Positions 1-9,438 of a stretch of DNA of 64,000 nt are shown in pieces (within the stretch, counting starts at the first letter, position 1; every line of letters starts with the position of its first letter). This DNA is from Aequorivita sp. Its GTDB lineage: Bacteria; Bacteroidota; Bacteroidia; Flavobacteriales; Flavobacteriaceae. The notes under the pieces were generated by a model. It worked only from the letters and a program-made list of their open reading frames with translations, did not search any database and was not told the origin of the DNA. Location: assembly GCA_048264505.1 (NCBI GenBank), contig JBLXDA010000007.1:9407-73406 (forward strand), read 5' to 3'. Position numbers and translations under genes: made by a program.

Positions 1-702
1 TATAATATTGTATTCTTCGTCTGCTATATCAAAGTTAGAATAATCTTTTATTAGAAGAAGTTGTGCTAGGCTAATTAAAGAGATTGTCACCGTGTTTTCT
101 GCAACAGCTATTTTTTGTTTCTCTGAAGAACTTGTCGCTTCAATTTCTAAAAGGTCTCCTCTAGGAAGCACTCCAGCTTCTACAAGATTATTGGTTCTTT
201 CTAATTGCTCTAAGGTTACTGCATTTTGAGATTTTGCAACTTCTAAATTTGCTTTGTTTAGCAATACCTGCAAATAGGAATTTGCTACGGCAAGTGCAAT
301 ATCGTCTTTCATTTTATCTAAACTGTACTGAGCTGCTAATCGCGATAATTTAGCTCGCTGAAGCTGGCGCACATTTTGAAGACCATCAAAAAGAGTTAAG
401 CCTGCGTTAATAGCACCAGATGCAGAACCAAATGTCGTGTTTTCAAGCTGGTTGTTTGTTGGGTTTAGACTAAGACCCGTATTTTTTGAAGCACTTGCAT
501 TTGCATTAATAGAAGGTAAAAAATTACCAATAGCTTCGGTCTTATCTATGGCTGCGTTTTCTAATTCGAGCTCACTCTGTTTAACCGAAATATTATTTTC
601 TAAAGCATGATTTATACATTCCTGAAGTGTCCATTGTTTGTTTTGTCCATTTACAGAAATGGCAAGTATCAAAAAAAGGAAAGGTACTACTATCTTCTTC
701 AT
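1..702 (-). CDS. TolC-family outer-membrane efflux protein, N-terminal 234 codons (C-terminus lies beyond the window start)
   Basis: My own minus-strand translation; the ORF is absent from the track because it runs off the window. Sequence starts MKKIVVPFLFLILAISVNGQNKQWTLQECINHALENNISVKQSELELENAAIDKTEA..., i.e. a signal peptide followed by a TolC-like N-terminus. An in-frame ATG at 735 is an alternative start. It lies directly downstream of the HlyD adaptor and MacB-type ABC genes. Confidence 0.75.
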   Translation of the reverse strand, partial: MKKIVVPFLFLILAISVNGQNKQWTLQECINHALENNISVKQSELELENAAIDKTEAIGNFLPSINANASASKNTGLSLNPTNNQLENTTFGSASGAINAGLTLFDGLQNVRQLQRAKLSRLAAQYSLDKMKDDIALAVANSYLQVLLNKANLEVAKSQNAVTLEQLERTNNLVEAGVLPRGDLLEIEATSSSEKQKIAVAENTVTISLISLAQLLLIKDYSNFDIADEEYNII

Positions 703-771
703 AAGTTTTTCTATTGCTGAATTAGTCTTTTGCATGGTCATTGCGTTACAAAATTTATAAAATTAAAAATA

Positions 772-1941
772 CTACCCTCTAGCTGCAGCTCCTCCAGAAG
801 GTTTTAATTGGTTCCAAACCTTTATATTATCTTCCTTAGAAACGCCGCTTTTAATTTCAACATCTATCCCGTCACTAACGCCGAGTTCTACATCTCTTCT
901 TTCAAATTTTTGCTCACCAACCATAACTTCAACAAAAGGTTTTTCGGTTTCTGCATCAAATTGAACCAAAGCCTCTTTAATTGTAAGCACATCTTCTGCT
1001 TTTGCTAGTATTATAGACGCATTAGCGCTTAATCCAGCACGAATAAAAGTAGTAGTTGTATCTAGATGCTTCATAGTTCCTTTAATCTCAAACTGTATCG
1101 CACCGTTTTCATCAACTCCTTTTGGCGCAATATAATCTAGTTCGGCATTAAATTTTTTATCTGGTAGCGCCCCAACAGTTATTTCTAACGGAAGGCCTTC
1201 TTTAATTTTACCAACTTCACTTTCGTCTACTTTTCCTTCAAAAATCATTTTGTCTACATCTGCCAAAGTAGCGATTGTAGTTCCATCGTTAAAATTGTTT
1301 GCTTCTATAACTTGATTTCCTGTTTTTACGGGTATATCTAACACCATACCCGAAACCGTAGCACGTATTTCGGTATTTGCAGAAGCTCCCATTCCACTTG
1401 TTGTACCCGTTTTTACAATATCGTAATTCTGGCTTGCTGCTGTAAGCCCTACTTGTTCTTGCTTAAGTCTTTGCTGAGCTTGGTCATAAGACAGTTGCGC
1501 AGTATCAAATTCATTTGCAGATATCACTCCTTTTTCAAAAAGCTCTTTCTGACGGTTATAGATGTTTTTTTGGTTTTCAAATGCAAGTCTTGCAGTTTCT
1601 ACTTGTGTGCGGATGCTATTAATATTGCTTTTCGCACTGTTTAACGTAGATACATTTGGCACTACTTTTACTTTTGCAATTAAGTCGCCAGCTTTTACAA
1701 TCTGTCCTGCTTCCACAAAAATTTCATCGATAATCCCAGAAATATTTGGCTTTATAAGCACCTCTTCTTTTGGCACTATACTACCTGTAGCCACAGTTTT
1801 TTTCACGATAGTACCCATAGAAGGGGTTTCGGTTTCGTATACAACTGGATCTTCTATATTTTTTGAATAGAGCCAATACATAGAACCCACAAAAAATACT
1901 GCAATCGTGACAAGGATGATTATGGTTTTGGTTTTTTTCAT
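772..1941 (-). CDS. Efflux periplasmic adaptor, HlyD/MacA family
   Basis: 389 aa with an N-terminal TM anchor, a biotinyl-lipoyl-like hairpin (GQIVKAGDLIAKV) and a long coiled-coil segment. Located between the ABC permeases and TolC. Confidence 0.9.
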   Translation of the reverse strand: MKKTKTIIILVTIAVFFVGSMYWLYSKNIEDPVVYETETPSMGTIVKKTVATGSIVPKEEVLIKPNISGIIDEIFVEAGQIVKAGDLIAKVKVVPNVSTLNSAKSNINSIRTQVETARLAFENQKNIYNRQKELFEKGVISANEFDTAQLSYDQAQQRLKQEQVGLTAASQNYDIVKTGTTSGMGASANTEIRATVSGMVLDIPVKTGNQVIEANNFNDGTTIATLADVDKMIFEGKVDESEVGKIKEGLPLEITVGALPDKKFNAELDYIAPKGVDENGAIQFEIKGTMKHLDTTTTFIRAGLSANASIILAKAEDVLTIKEALVQFDAETEKPFVEVMVGEQKFERRDVELGVSDGIDVEIKSGVSKEDNIKVWNQLKPSGGAAARG

Positions 1942-1999
1942 TTTATTGATTGTTGAAATTATATTTTCTACTAAATGGTTATTGTTCTTATTGTCTAAG

Positions 2000-2419
2000 T
2001 TACACGCCCAGGAGCGGTAAATGCTTTACTTTATGATATGTTAGCGCTAAAGAAACACAATGTGCTAATTCAGACTCGGGTAATTCTTCATCGATTTTAA
2101 AAACAATCGCTCTGTTATTTTCAAAATTGAATTTGTCTTTATAAATCTCCTTAAAAGTAGGAACCAATTTTGAAGTACATTTAAAATAGACTGCATACTG
2201 TTTTGGCGATTTCTGTTTCCAATCTATACGTACCGTACTTCCATTTTTTGTTACATAACTAGGTTCTCCCCACTTTAAAGTTTCTTCTAGCTGTTCTATT
2301 CCAGTTGTATTATAAGCCGTATTTAAAATTAATTTTCTTAAACAAAGCATTTGTTGCTTTACCTCTTCAGGGTAATTTTCAAAAACTGGTTCTACTCTAG
2401 GATCGCGTACTAATTCCAT
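2000..2419 (-). CDS. DUF1801-like small cytoplasmic protein
   Basis: 139 aa soluble ORF. The WGEPSY...NGS...I pattern resembles the DUF1801/YdhG-like family. The family call is from memory only. Confidence 0.5.
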   Translation of the reverse strand: MELVRDPRVEPVFENYPEEVKQQMLCLRKLILNTAYNTTGIEQLEETLKWGEPSYVTKNGSTVRIDWKQKSPKQYAVYFKCTSKLVPTFKEIYKDKFNFENNRAIVFKIDEELPESELAHCVSLALTYHKVKHLPLLGV

Positions 2420-2433
2420 TAGCTCATTCTATC

Positions 2434-3705
2434 TTATTCCGTTCTTAACGCTTCTACAGGTTTAATTTTTATTGCATTTTGAGCAGGAATCAATCCAGCT
2501 AAAAGCCCAGAGACTATAAGTATTGTTAACGCTACAAACACCACCCCAATATTAACAGAGGGGTTTATAAACATCATTTCGCTTGTATCCATACCGCTAA
2601 GTTGATAGTTTACAAGCCACAGTACCGCAGTTGCCAAAATGATTCCCGCCATACCAGATATTATTGTTAAAAATATAGACTCAAGCAATATTTGTGAACG
2701 AATACCCCAAGGTGTAGCCCCTAATGCACGGCGAATACCTATCTCTTTGGTACGTTCTTTAACAACAATCAACATAATATTACTAATACCTATAATTCCT
2801 GAAAGCAATACTAAAATACCTACGAAATACGCTACAAAATTAAGCGCAGTAAACAAGCCGTTTATCTTGCTGTATTCTTGATATAAATCGAAATTACCAA
2901 CGGCGCGATCATCATCGGGGTTTATAGTGTGGCGGTTTTTTATCACATCAAAAATTTGCGATTTTAAAGCGGTTATTGAAAAGCCATCTTGAGCTGTAAT
3001 AGCCATCCAACCTACAATATCGCCCATATTAAACGCTTGCGAAAAAGATGTAAAGGGAACGTATATTTCCTTTTGCATTTCTTCGGGGTCGCCGTTATTT
3101 CCTTTCTTTTTATAAGTACCTATAACTAAGAAATTAACTCCGTTTATTTTAATGTACGAGCCTAATACTTCTTCATTAGGTGCGTATAAAGCACTCTGTA
3201 CTCCACTACCTATAATTGCTACTTTTCGATTTTCATTTATATCTGAATAATTTATAAACCTCCCTGAAGTAATATCCATTGGTTGTTGCTGAATAATCTC
3301 AGGGTAATCTCCATAGACATTAAAGGCACCAGTCTGAAGTCCTCTAACCACATTATTACTACCTCTAAAACCTCCTAATTGGTTTCTAGGTGAAACAAAA
3401 CGCAAACCGGGAACACTTTGCTTTATTGCTGGAACATCGTCTGTTTTAAAGTTGTATCTACGTCCTTTAGGCAAGCCTTTATAAGGTTGCGAGGCAGTTT
3501 GTGCCCACATAAACATAGAGTTTGTAGCCATACCGTTAAAACCTTGCTTGATCCCATTTTCTAATCCGTTACCAGCAGCGAGTAAGATTACCAAAATAAA
3601 AATACCCCAAAGCACCCCAAAGGCTGTCATTGCAGTTCTAAACCAGTTACTGCTTAGGGCTTCTAATATTTCTGCCCAACTATCTCTGCTGAATAATTTA
3701 CTCAT
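2434..3705 (-). CDS. ABC transporter permease, MacB/FtsX family
   Basis: 423 aa: N-terminal TM, large periplasmic domain, C-terminal FtsX 3-TM bundle (KERTKEIGIRRALGA). Overlaps the upstream permease by 8 nt. Confidence 0.9.
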   Translation of the reverse strand: MSKLFSRDSWAEILEALSSNWFRTAMTAFGVLWGIFILVILLAAGNGLENGIKQGFNGMATNSMFMWAQTASQPYKGLPKGRRYNFKTDDVPAIKQSVPGLRFVSPRNQLGGFRGSNNVVRGLQTGAFNVYGDYPEIIQQQPMDITSGRFINYSDINENRKVAIIGSGVQSALYAPNEEVLGSYIKINGVNFLVIGTYKKKGNNGDPEEMQKEIYVPFTSFSQAFNMGDIVGWMAITAQDGFSITALKSQIFDVIKNRHTINPDDDRAVGNFDLYQEYSKINGLFTALNFVAYFVGILVLLSGIIGISNIMLIVVKERTKEIGIRRALGATPWGIRSQILLESIFLTIISGMAGIILATAVLWLVNYQLSGMDTSEMMFINPSVNIGVVFVALTILIVSGLLAGLIPAQNAIKIKPVEALRTE

Positions 3706-4942
3706 CGCGTAGGGCTTCTATAGGTTTAATATTTGCGGCTCTATAGGCTGGAAAGAAACCAGCAACTGCACCAGCTACAACTAGTATGACAACTGTAGTA
3801 ATTGCAACTGAAAAATCTACTGAAGGATTTCTAATGTAATCTGTTTCTATAAAAGGCCCCACTAACTGAAGCAATACCAAGCCAAATAAAAGCCCAACAA
3901 AACCAGCAATAGCAGTTACAAATATAGACTCGTGTAATATCATCCCTATGATAGACCAGGGCTCAGCACCAATAGCCTTTCGTATACCTATCTCTTTGGT
4001 ACGTTCTTTTACAATTATTAGCATAATATTACTCACACCAACAACCCCTGCTATAATGGTACATATTCCTACCCCCCAAAAAAACCAATTTATCATTTTA
4101 TTAAGGTCATAAAACCTTTTGGTGTTTTCTAAGGTGTTATTTACAAATACAGCTCTTTCGTCCTCTGGCGCAACGGTATGCTTAGCCTTTAAATCTGCTT
4201 CTATCTGTGCTGAAAATACTTCAGAAGCAGCGAGAGCATCTTCATATTTATCGTGTTTTTCTATAGTAAAGGCAAGCGATCTAAGTTTATCTCCTGCGTT
4301 ATACACACGTTGTGCTGTAGTTAATGGTATAAAAATTCGGGTTTCTTCGCGTTCTCCCCCTGGATCTGTATAAACACCTACTACTTTAAATTTTATCCCC
4401 GCTATATCAATATATTCCCCTAGGGCATTTTTCCCTTTAAATAAATCTAGAAATACTTGATTGCCTATTACCGCGTTTTTTTCAAATGAATTAAGATCGT
4501 TTTGGTTTATATATCTACCAGCAACCAAAGTTTCATTTTCTAGAAATTGATAATCGCCACGAACACCTTCTACCCTATAGCTTCCATTTTCATTTTTATA
4601 GGTTGTTAATTGTCCCCATCTACTAAAAACTCCAGATTTAAGCACTAATTTATCCTTGTTTTTAGCCACCGCCATATCGTAATCGCGATTGTCCATTTCA
4701 ATTAACCTTCCTGGATTTAAGCCTTTATATTCTATAGAAGTTACATTTGTCCACACGCTAATACGATTAGTAGCGTCGTTTTCAAATTCTTTTTCAACGC
4801 CATTAGACATTCCTTGTCCTATCGCTAGAAGTATAACCAGGATAAAGATACCAGACGCCACAGAAAGCCCCGTTAAGAATGTGCGCAGCTTATTTTTGCG
4901 AATTGCTTCAAAAATCTCTTGCCAGCGTTCAATACTAAACAT
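3698..4942 (-). CDS. ABC transporter permease, MacB/FtsX family
   Basis: 414 aa with the same architecture (KERTKEIGIRKAIGA). Overlaps the ATPase gene by 8 nt. Confidence 0.9.
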   Translation of the reverse strand: MFSIERWQEIFEAIRKNKLRTFLTGLSVASGIFILVILLAIGQGMSNGVEKEFENDATNRISVWTNVTSIEYKGLNPGRLIEMDNRDYDMAVAKNKDKLVLKSGVFSRWGQLTTYKNENGSYRVEGVRGDYQFLENETLVAGRYINQNDLNSFEKNAVIGNQVFLDLFKGKNALGEYIDIAGIKFKVVGVYTDPGGEREETRIFIPLTTAQRVYNAGDKLRSLAFTIEKHDKYEDALAASEVFSAQIEADLKAKHTVAPEDERAVFVNNTLENTKRFYDLNKMINWFFWGVGICTIIAGVVGVSNIMLIIVKERTKEIGIRKAIGAEPWSIIGMILHESIFVTAIAGFVGLLFGLVLLQLVGPFIETDYIRNPSVDFSVAITTVVILVVAGAVAGFFPAYRAANIKPIEALRDE

Positions 4943-5642
4943 AAATCTCGCTTTTTGCTCTTACTTGGTTAACTTTAGAATCGTCTATTATTAATCCATC
5001 TTTAAGGTTTACAATGCGCTTGGTCATATGCGCTATATCGTCTTCGTGAGTAACAATTAAGATTGTTTTTCCTTCGTCATTAATACCTTGTATAAGCTCC
5101 ATAACTTCATACGAAGTTTTGGTGTCTAGTGCACCTGTAGGCTCATCTGCAAGCAACACCTTAGGGTCGCTCGCTAAAGCACGAGCAATTGCTACACGCT
5201 GTTTTTGACCTCCTGAAAGCTCATTTGGAAGATGAGAAGCCCAATCTGCTAGACCTACTTTTTCAAGATAATGCATCGCTTTTTCTATGCGAACGTTTCT
5301 TTTTTCACCTTGATAATAAAGTGGCATAGCTACGTTTTCTAATGCAGATTTGTAATTTATAAGGTTGAAGGATTGAAAAATGAAGCCTAAGAATTTATTG
5401 CGATAACGCGCAGCAACCTTTTCATTTAAATCTTTTATAAGTGTTCCATCAAGTGTGTAAGTACCTTCATCTGCTTCGTCTAGGATTCCTAAAATATTAA
5501 GCAAGGTTGATTTTCCCGAGCCCGAGGAACCCATTATAGATACCATTTCACCTTCAGAAACAGTGAAGTTAATTCCTTTTAAAACATGAAGCGAATTTTT
5601 GCCCATGCGGTACGATTTGTGAAGGTTTTCTATAGCTATCAT
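4935..5642 (-). CDS. ABC transporter ATP-binding protein (MacB/LolD-type)
   Basis: Walker A GSSGSGKST, signature LSGGQKQR, Walker B LLADEPTGALD. Confidence 0.95.
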   Translation of the reverse strand: MIAIENLHKSYRMGKNSLHVLKGINFTVSEGEMVSIMGSSGSGKSTLLNILGILDEADEGTYTLDGTLIKDLNEKVAARYRNKFLGFIFQSFNLINYKSALENVAMPLYYQGEKRNVRIEKAMHYLEKVGLADWASHLPNELSGGQKQRVAIARALASDPKVLLADEPTGALDTKTSYEVMELIQGINDEGKTILIVTHEDDIAHMTKRIVNLKDGLIIDDSKVNQVRAKSEIYV

Positions 5643-5784
5643 GTTGAAAATTGTATGCTTACAAAATAAAGGGGAAATCCCTGACTTAATGTGAAATTCT
5701 TGTTAAGACTTATTTTTTTTTAATGCTTTTAATCTACTATAAGACTTCAGAAGCGGTGAAGTGTTACAGTGTACATAAAAAAAA

Positions 5785-6018
5785 TTACAAGGATTTTTGC
5801 TCGCGAGCTTTTTTTCTACTTCTGTAGATAGCGTACCCTATTATACCTATTAGCAAATACGGGAATATCATTAAGTAAACAATACCGTTGTTAATGCCTT
5901 TTGCTGTTTGCCCACCTTCTTCACTTTCTAGAACGGCACGACACATTGCGCATTGCGCTTCAGCGGGAAGAACAATAATTACTAATAGCAGAACGGTTAT
6001 TACTATTTTAAGCTTCAT
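5785..6018 (-). CDS. Small membrane protein with signal peptide, CxxC motif and C-terminal TM anchor
   Basis: 77 aa: MKLKIVITVLLLVIIVLPAEA/QCAMC..., then the TM segment IVYLMIFPYLLIGIIGYAIY and a basic tail. Starts 4 nt after the DUF420 gene stop. No family recognised. Confidence 0.5.
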   Translation of the reverse strand: MKLKIVITVLLLVIIVLPAEAQCAMCRAVLESEEGGQTAKGINNGIVYLMIFPYLLIGIIGYAIYRSRKKAREQKSL

Positions 6019-6022
6019 AATT

Positions 6023-6550
6023 TTAATAATAAGGAGAAATCATTAAATACACTATCACTCCCGTAACGGCAACATACAACCACAACGGAAAGGTAATTCT
6101 CGCAATTTTTCGGTGCTTGTAAAACTGCCCCGTAATACCCCTTACATAAGTTATTAACACAAAAGGGATGACAACTATAGATAGTAAAATATGTGTTATT
6201 AAGATGAAATAATAAATATATCTAATAACTCCTTCGCCTCCAAAAGGAGTTGAATCTGAAGTCATATGGTAAGTTACGTACATACCTAAAAACAAAACCG
6301 AACAAAATATTGCGGTTTTCATTAAACGTTCGTGTAGCTTCCGGTTTCCTTTTCTAACTTGATATACTGCTAAAACTAATAAAATGGCTGTAATTGCATT
6401 TATAGTAGCATAAATTGGCGGTAAAAACCCAAGTCTTTCTACGCCAGGAATTCTTATGGTAAATAAAACAGCAACAGCAAGCGGAATTGCGATGGATAGT
6501 ATCCAAATCCAAATGGTGTATTTCTTTGAGTCTTCTGCTTGATTTTGCAT
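6023..6550 (-). CDS. DUF420 membrane protein (cytochrome oxidase assembly associated, CtaM-like)
   Basis: 175 aa, 4-5 TM helices. Sequence and position next to SCO are typical of DUF420. Confidence 0.75.
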   Translation of the reverse strand: MQNQAEDSKKYTIWIWILSIAIPLAVAVLFTIRIPGVERLGFLPPIYATINAITAILLVLAVYQVRKGNRKLHERLMKTAIFCSVLFLGMYVTYHMTSDSTPFGGEGVIRYIYYFILITHILLSIVVIPFVLITYVRGITGQFYKHRKIARITFPLWLYVAVTGVIVYLMISPYY

Positions 6551-6553
6551 AGT

Positions 6554-7177
6554 TTACAACAGTTTTTTTATGTCTTCTTTAAGCATTTGTATCCCTTTGT
6601 CATCTAGACCGTCGTAATAAATAATTGGGTTGTCATTTTCATCTTTACGAGATCGTATATTCCCTTCTTGGTCTATTAACGCAAAAAAACCGGAATGCTC
6701 AAAACCACCTTCAACTTCACTTGCTTCCCCTACATATAAATTAAAACCTTCATTAGCCAATTTATATATTTGCTCTTTATTTCCCGTTAACAAATGCCAT
6801 TGGGGTTTTGTAATTCCTTTGTTTGCTGCGTATTCTTTTAAAACCGCTGGGGTATCGTGCTCTGGATCTATACTCAATGAAGCTATAGCTACTTTTGGGT
6901 TTCCTAAAAATTCATTTTGAATTTTTAGCATATTCTCTGTCATTATAGGGCAAATAGTTGGACAGGTAGTGAAGAAAAACTCAACCACATAAACTTTGTC
7001 CTTAAAGCTAGCATTTGTAACAGTCTCTTCGTTCTGATTTGTAAAGCTGAAAGCTGGTACTTGCCCAATAGTATCAAGTTCTGGCGCGGTAAGTGTATTT
7101 ATAATTTTAGGCACCGCCCAAATACCAAAAACCAATATAATGAATGAAATACCTATGTACGAATAATTATTTTTCAT
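6554..7177 (-). CDS. SCO1/SenC-family copper chaperone
   Basis: N-terminal TM, thioredoxin fold with CPTICP (CxxxC) and the downstream conserved His (FEHSGFF). Confidence 0.85.
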   Translation of the reverse strand: MKNNYSYIGISFIILVFGIWAVPKIINTLTAPELDTIGQVPAFSFTNQNEETVTNASFKDKVYVVEFFFTTCPTICPIMTENMLKIQNEFLGNPKVAIASLSIDPEHDTPAVLKEYAANKGITKPQWHLLTGNKEQIYKLANEGFNLYVGEASEVEGGFEHSGFFALIDQEGNIRSRKDENDNPIIYYDGLDDKGIQMLKEDIKKLL

Positions 7178-7211
7178 TTGCTATAGATTCTATTTATAAG
7201 GTTCGCCTATA

Positions 7212-7856
7212 TTAAATAGACCGTTCTTTATTATATTTTTTTAATGCTCTTCTGTATTCGGCAAGCAATACTTTTACATCATCGCTCATCTTATTGTTAA
7301 TCTCTGCAATTGTACTGGAATCAAACCCATACATAATAGCTTCATCACCATCTTCATCGCGACCACGGAGGTTTCTTTCTTTATCTACTATAAATACATA
7401 GGGTGTAGAATAGTTAGCATCTAATTGTATATTAGACTGTAGAGATTCAAATACTTCTGTTATACTTTCTGGAGTGCCAAAGGCAAAAAACCAAGCATCG
7501 GTTGGCGCAATTTGTTCCAGCTTTTCATTTATCTTTCTAGCTTGCTCTTCGGTTCCTTCAGGTAAAAGAATAACAAACTGGAACTCGTTAAACTGATGAT
7601 TTTTGGTGTAAATTTTATGCGCTAAATTATAAGCGTATGCGCGATGCACTTCTAAATCACTTCCGAAGAACCCTAAGACAGTAATATGATTCTCTAGCCG
7701 AACAGGTTTTCCATCAAGTGTTTTAAAATTTTCAAGCTCAGCAACAGTTTGCGTAAGCACAGGTAGTGTAGCAAAATTGTTTTTCCCCGAAGCAAAAAAA
7801 ACATAAGCCGTAATAGGCAATAAAAACAGTATACCGAGTACTAAATACTTCTTCAT
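7212..7856 (-). CDS. Membrane-anchored thioredoxin/SCO-like fold protein lacking all cysteines
   Basis: 214 aa with an N-terminal TM. VLGFFGSDLEVHRAY occupies the position of the Trx/SCO CxxxC motif. The protein contains no Cys. Confidence 0.5.
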   Translation of the reverse strand: MKKYLVLGILFLLPITAYVFFASGKNNFATLPVLTQTVAELENFKTLDGKPVRLENHITVLGFFGSDLEVHRAYAYNLAHKIYTKNHQFNEFQFVILLPEGTEEQARKINEKLEQIAPTDAWFFAFGTPESITEVFESLQSNIQLDANYSTPYVFIVDKERNLRGRDEDGDEAIMYGFDSSTIAEINNKMSDDVKVLLAEYRRALKKYNKERSI

Positions 7857-7955
7857 TTTACATTTTAATTAAGCTACCTCTAAAAACTCGCAAGTAGTTT
7901 TGCAAAAATAAACGCTAAAAGGGGGTTTAGCAATGTTTTGGCTGTTAATTTTATC

Positions 7956-7985
7956 CATAAAAAAACCCTCATAAAGAGGGTTTGT
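7956..7985 (-). terminator. Rho-independent terminator after the coxIV-like gene
   Basis: 8 bp stem aaaccctc/gagggttt (7963-7970 and 7976-7983), 5 nt loop, U-run on the minus strand. Confidence 0.7.
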
Positions 7986-8005
7986 ATTTTAAATTTCAGA
8001 AACTC

Positions 8006-8389
8006 TTAAAAATCGAATTTTATAAAGCCAGATTTGTAAACTTCAAAGATATAATCTCCTTCTATTAATATTAATACTACTAGGTAGGATATCAAAAATA
8101 TAGAAGTCCATATTACCGCTCTACGCAAGCCTGCTGTTTCATCACGCATGTGCATAAAGTCCCAAGTAATATAATACGCTTTAACAATAGTAAGTATTAT
8201 AAACACCCAGTTTAGAAGCTTTAATGCTAAAAAATGTGTGTCTACTAAAAATGCTGGTCTAATTATACCAAGAGCTACTTCAATTATAGTAACAATAGAA
8301 AGGAATGCAAATACACCCCATATCTTACTGACATTAGATTTAAACTTTACAGTACCTCTAAAAATTGCTAAATTATGTTCGTGTGCCAT
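8006..8389 (-). CDS. Cytochrome c oxidase subunit IV-family small membrane protein
   Basis: 127 aa, 3-4 TM helices, immediately downstream of the subunit III genes. Confidence 0.65.
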   Translation of the reverse strand: MAHEHNLAIFRGTVKFKSNVSKIWGVFAFLSIVTIIEVALGIIRPAFLVDTHFLALKLLNWVFIILTIVKAYYITWDFMHMRDETAGLRRAVIWTSIFLISYLVVLILIEGDYIFEVYKSGFIKFDF

Positions 8390-8407
8390 TTTTTAAATTT
8401 TGAATAT

Positions 8408-9391
8408 CTAAACAAGGTAAAAGAAAGTAAATACAAATACCCATACTAAATCTACAAAGTGCCAGTAAAGTCCAACCTTTTCTACCATTTCGTAGCTACC
8501 ACGGCGTTCGTAAGTACCTAAAATTACATTAAAGAAAATTATAATATTGATTAAAACTCCTGTAAATACGTGGAATCCGTGGAATCCAGTAATAAAGAAA
8601 AAGAAGTCTGCAAATAAAGGATGACCGTATTCGTTATGACGAAGGTTTGCACCTTCCACAACCAATTGTCCATCGTTTACAAGTTTAGCGATAGATTCTT
8701 CTCTAGACAGGACAATAGGGTGTCCGTTTTCGTCTTTATGTTGAACTCTTACTAATAAATTATCATTAGCAAGGAAGCCTTCTTTTACTTGATTAAAAGA
8801 AACACTTGGTAAATATTCGGATTCACCTTTAAACCAGATACCGTCTCCAGGTTCTTGTTCTACACGATCTTCTGCAGTCAATGCCGCAAAATCTCTAAGA
8901 GCAACACGCTCTCCTTCTTTATCTAGAAACTGGATAATCTGCCCTCCTTTAGTTTCTACCGCACCGTAATCTCCTTTAATAAAGGTAGCCCATTCCCAGG
9001 CTTGTGAGCCCAAGAAGACAACACCTCCTATTACAGTTAAGAACATATAAATAATCACTTTCTTCTGTTGCATTTTATGGCCTGCATCAACGGCAAGCAC
9101 CATAGTTACAGAAGAAAATATTAAAATAAAGGTCATTAACGCCACATAATACATAGGTGCTTCTACACCATGTAAAAAAGGAAAGTGGGTAAATACTTCG
9201 TCGGCAATTGGCCAGGCATCTACAAATTTGAATCGTGAAAATCCATAAGCAGCGAGAAATCCTGAAAATGTCAAGGCATCAGAAACGATGAAAAACCACA
9301 TCATCATTTTGCCATAACTAGCTTTCAGCGGATGGTTTCCGCCTCCCCAGGTTTTTTCTTCAGTACCTGTTTTAACAACAGTAGCTTCCAT
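8408..9391 (-). CDS. Cytochrome c oxidase subunit III with a large hydrophilic insertion
   Basis: 327 aa. C-terminal hallmark YWHFVDLVWVFVF. About 120 aa of non-membrane sequence (residues ~139-258) sit between TM helices. Confidence 0.85.
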   Translation of the reverse strand: MEATVVKTGTEEKTWGGGNHPLKASYGKMMMWFFIVSDALTFSGFLAAYGFSRFKFVDAWPIADEVFTHFPFLHGVEAPMYYVALMTFILIFSSVTMVLAVDAGHKMQQKKVIIYMFLTVIGGVVFLGSQAWEWATFIKGDYGAVETKGGQIIQFLDKEGERVALRDFAALTAEDRVEQEPGDGIWFKGESEYLPSVSFNQVKEGFLANDNLLVRVQHKDENGHPIVLSREESIAKLVNDGQLVVEGANLRHNEYGHPLFADFFFFITGFHGFHVFTGVLINIIIFFNVILGTYERRGSYEMVEKVGLYWHFVDLVWVFVFTFFYLV

Positions 9392-9438
9392 AAAAAGAAT
9401 TAGGTTTTAAAATAAAGGTTCAAAAATACGTTTAATTT

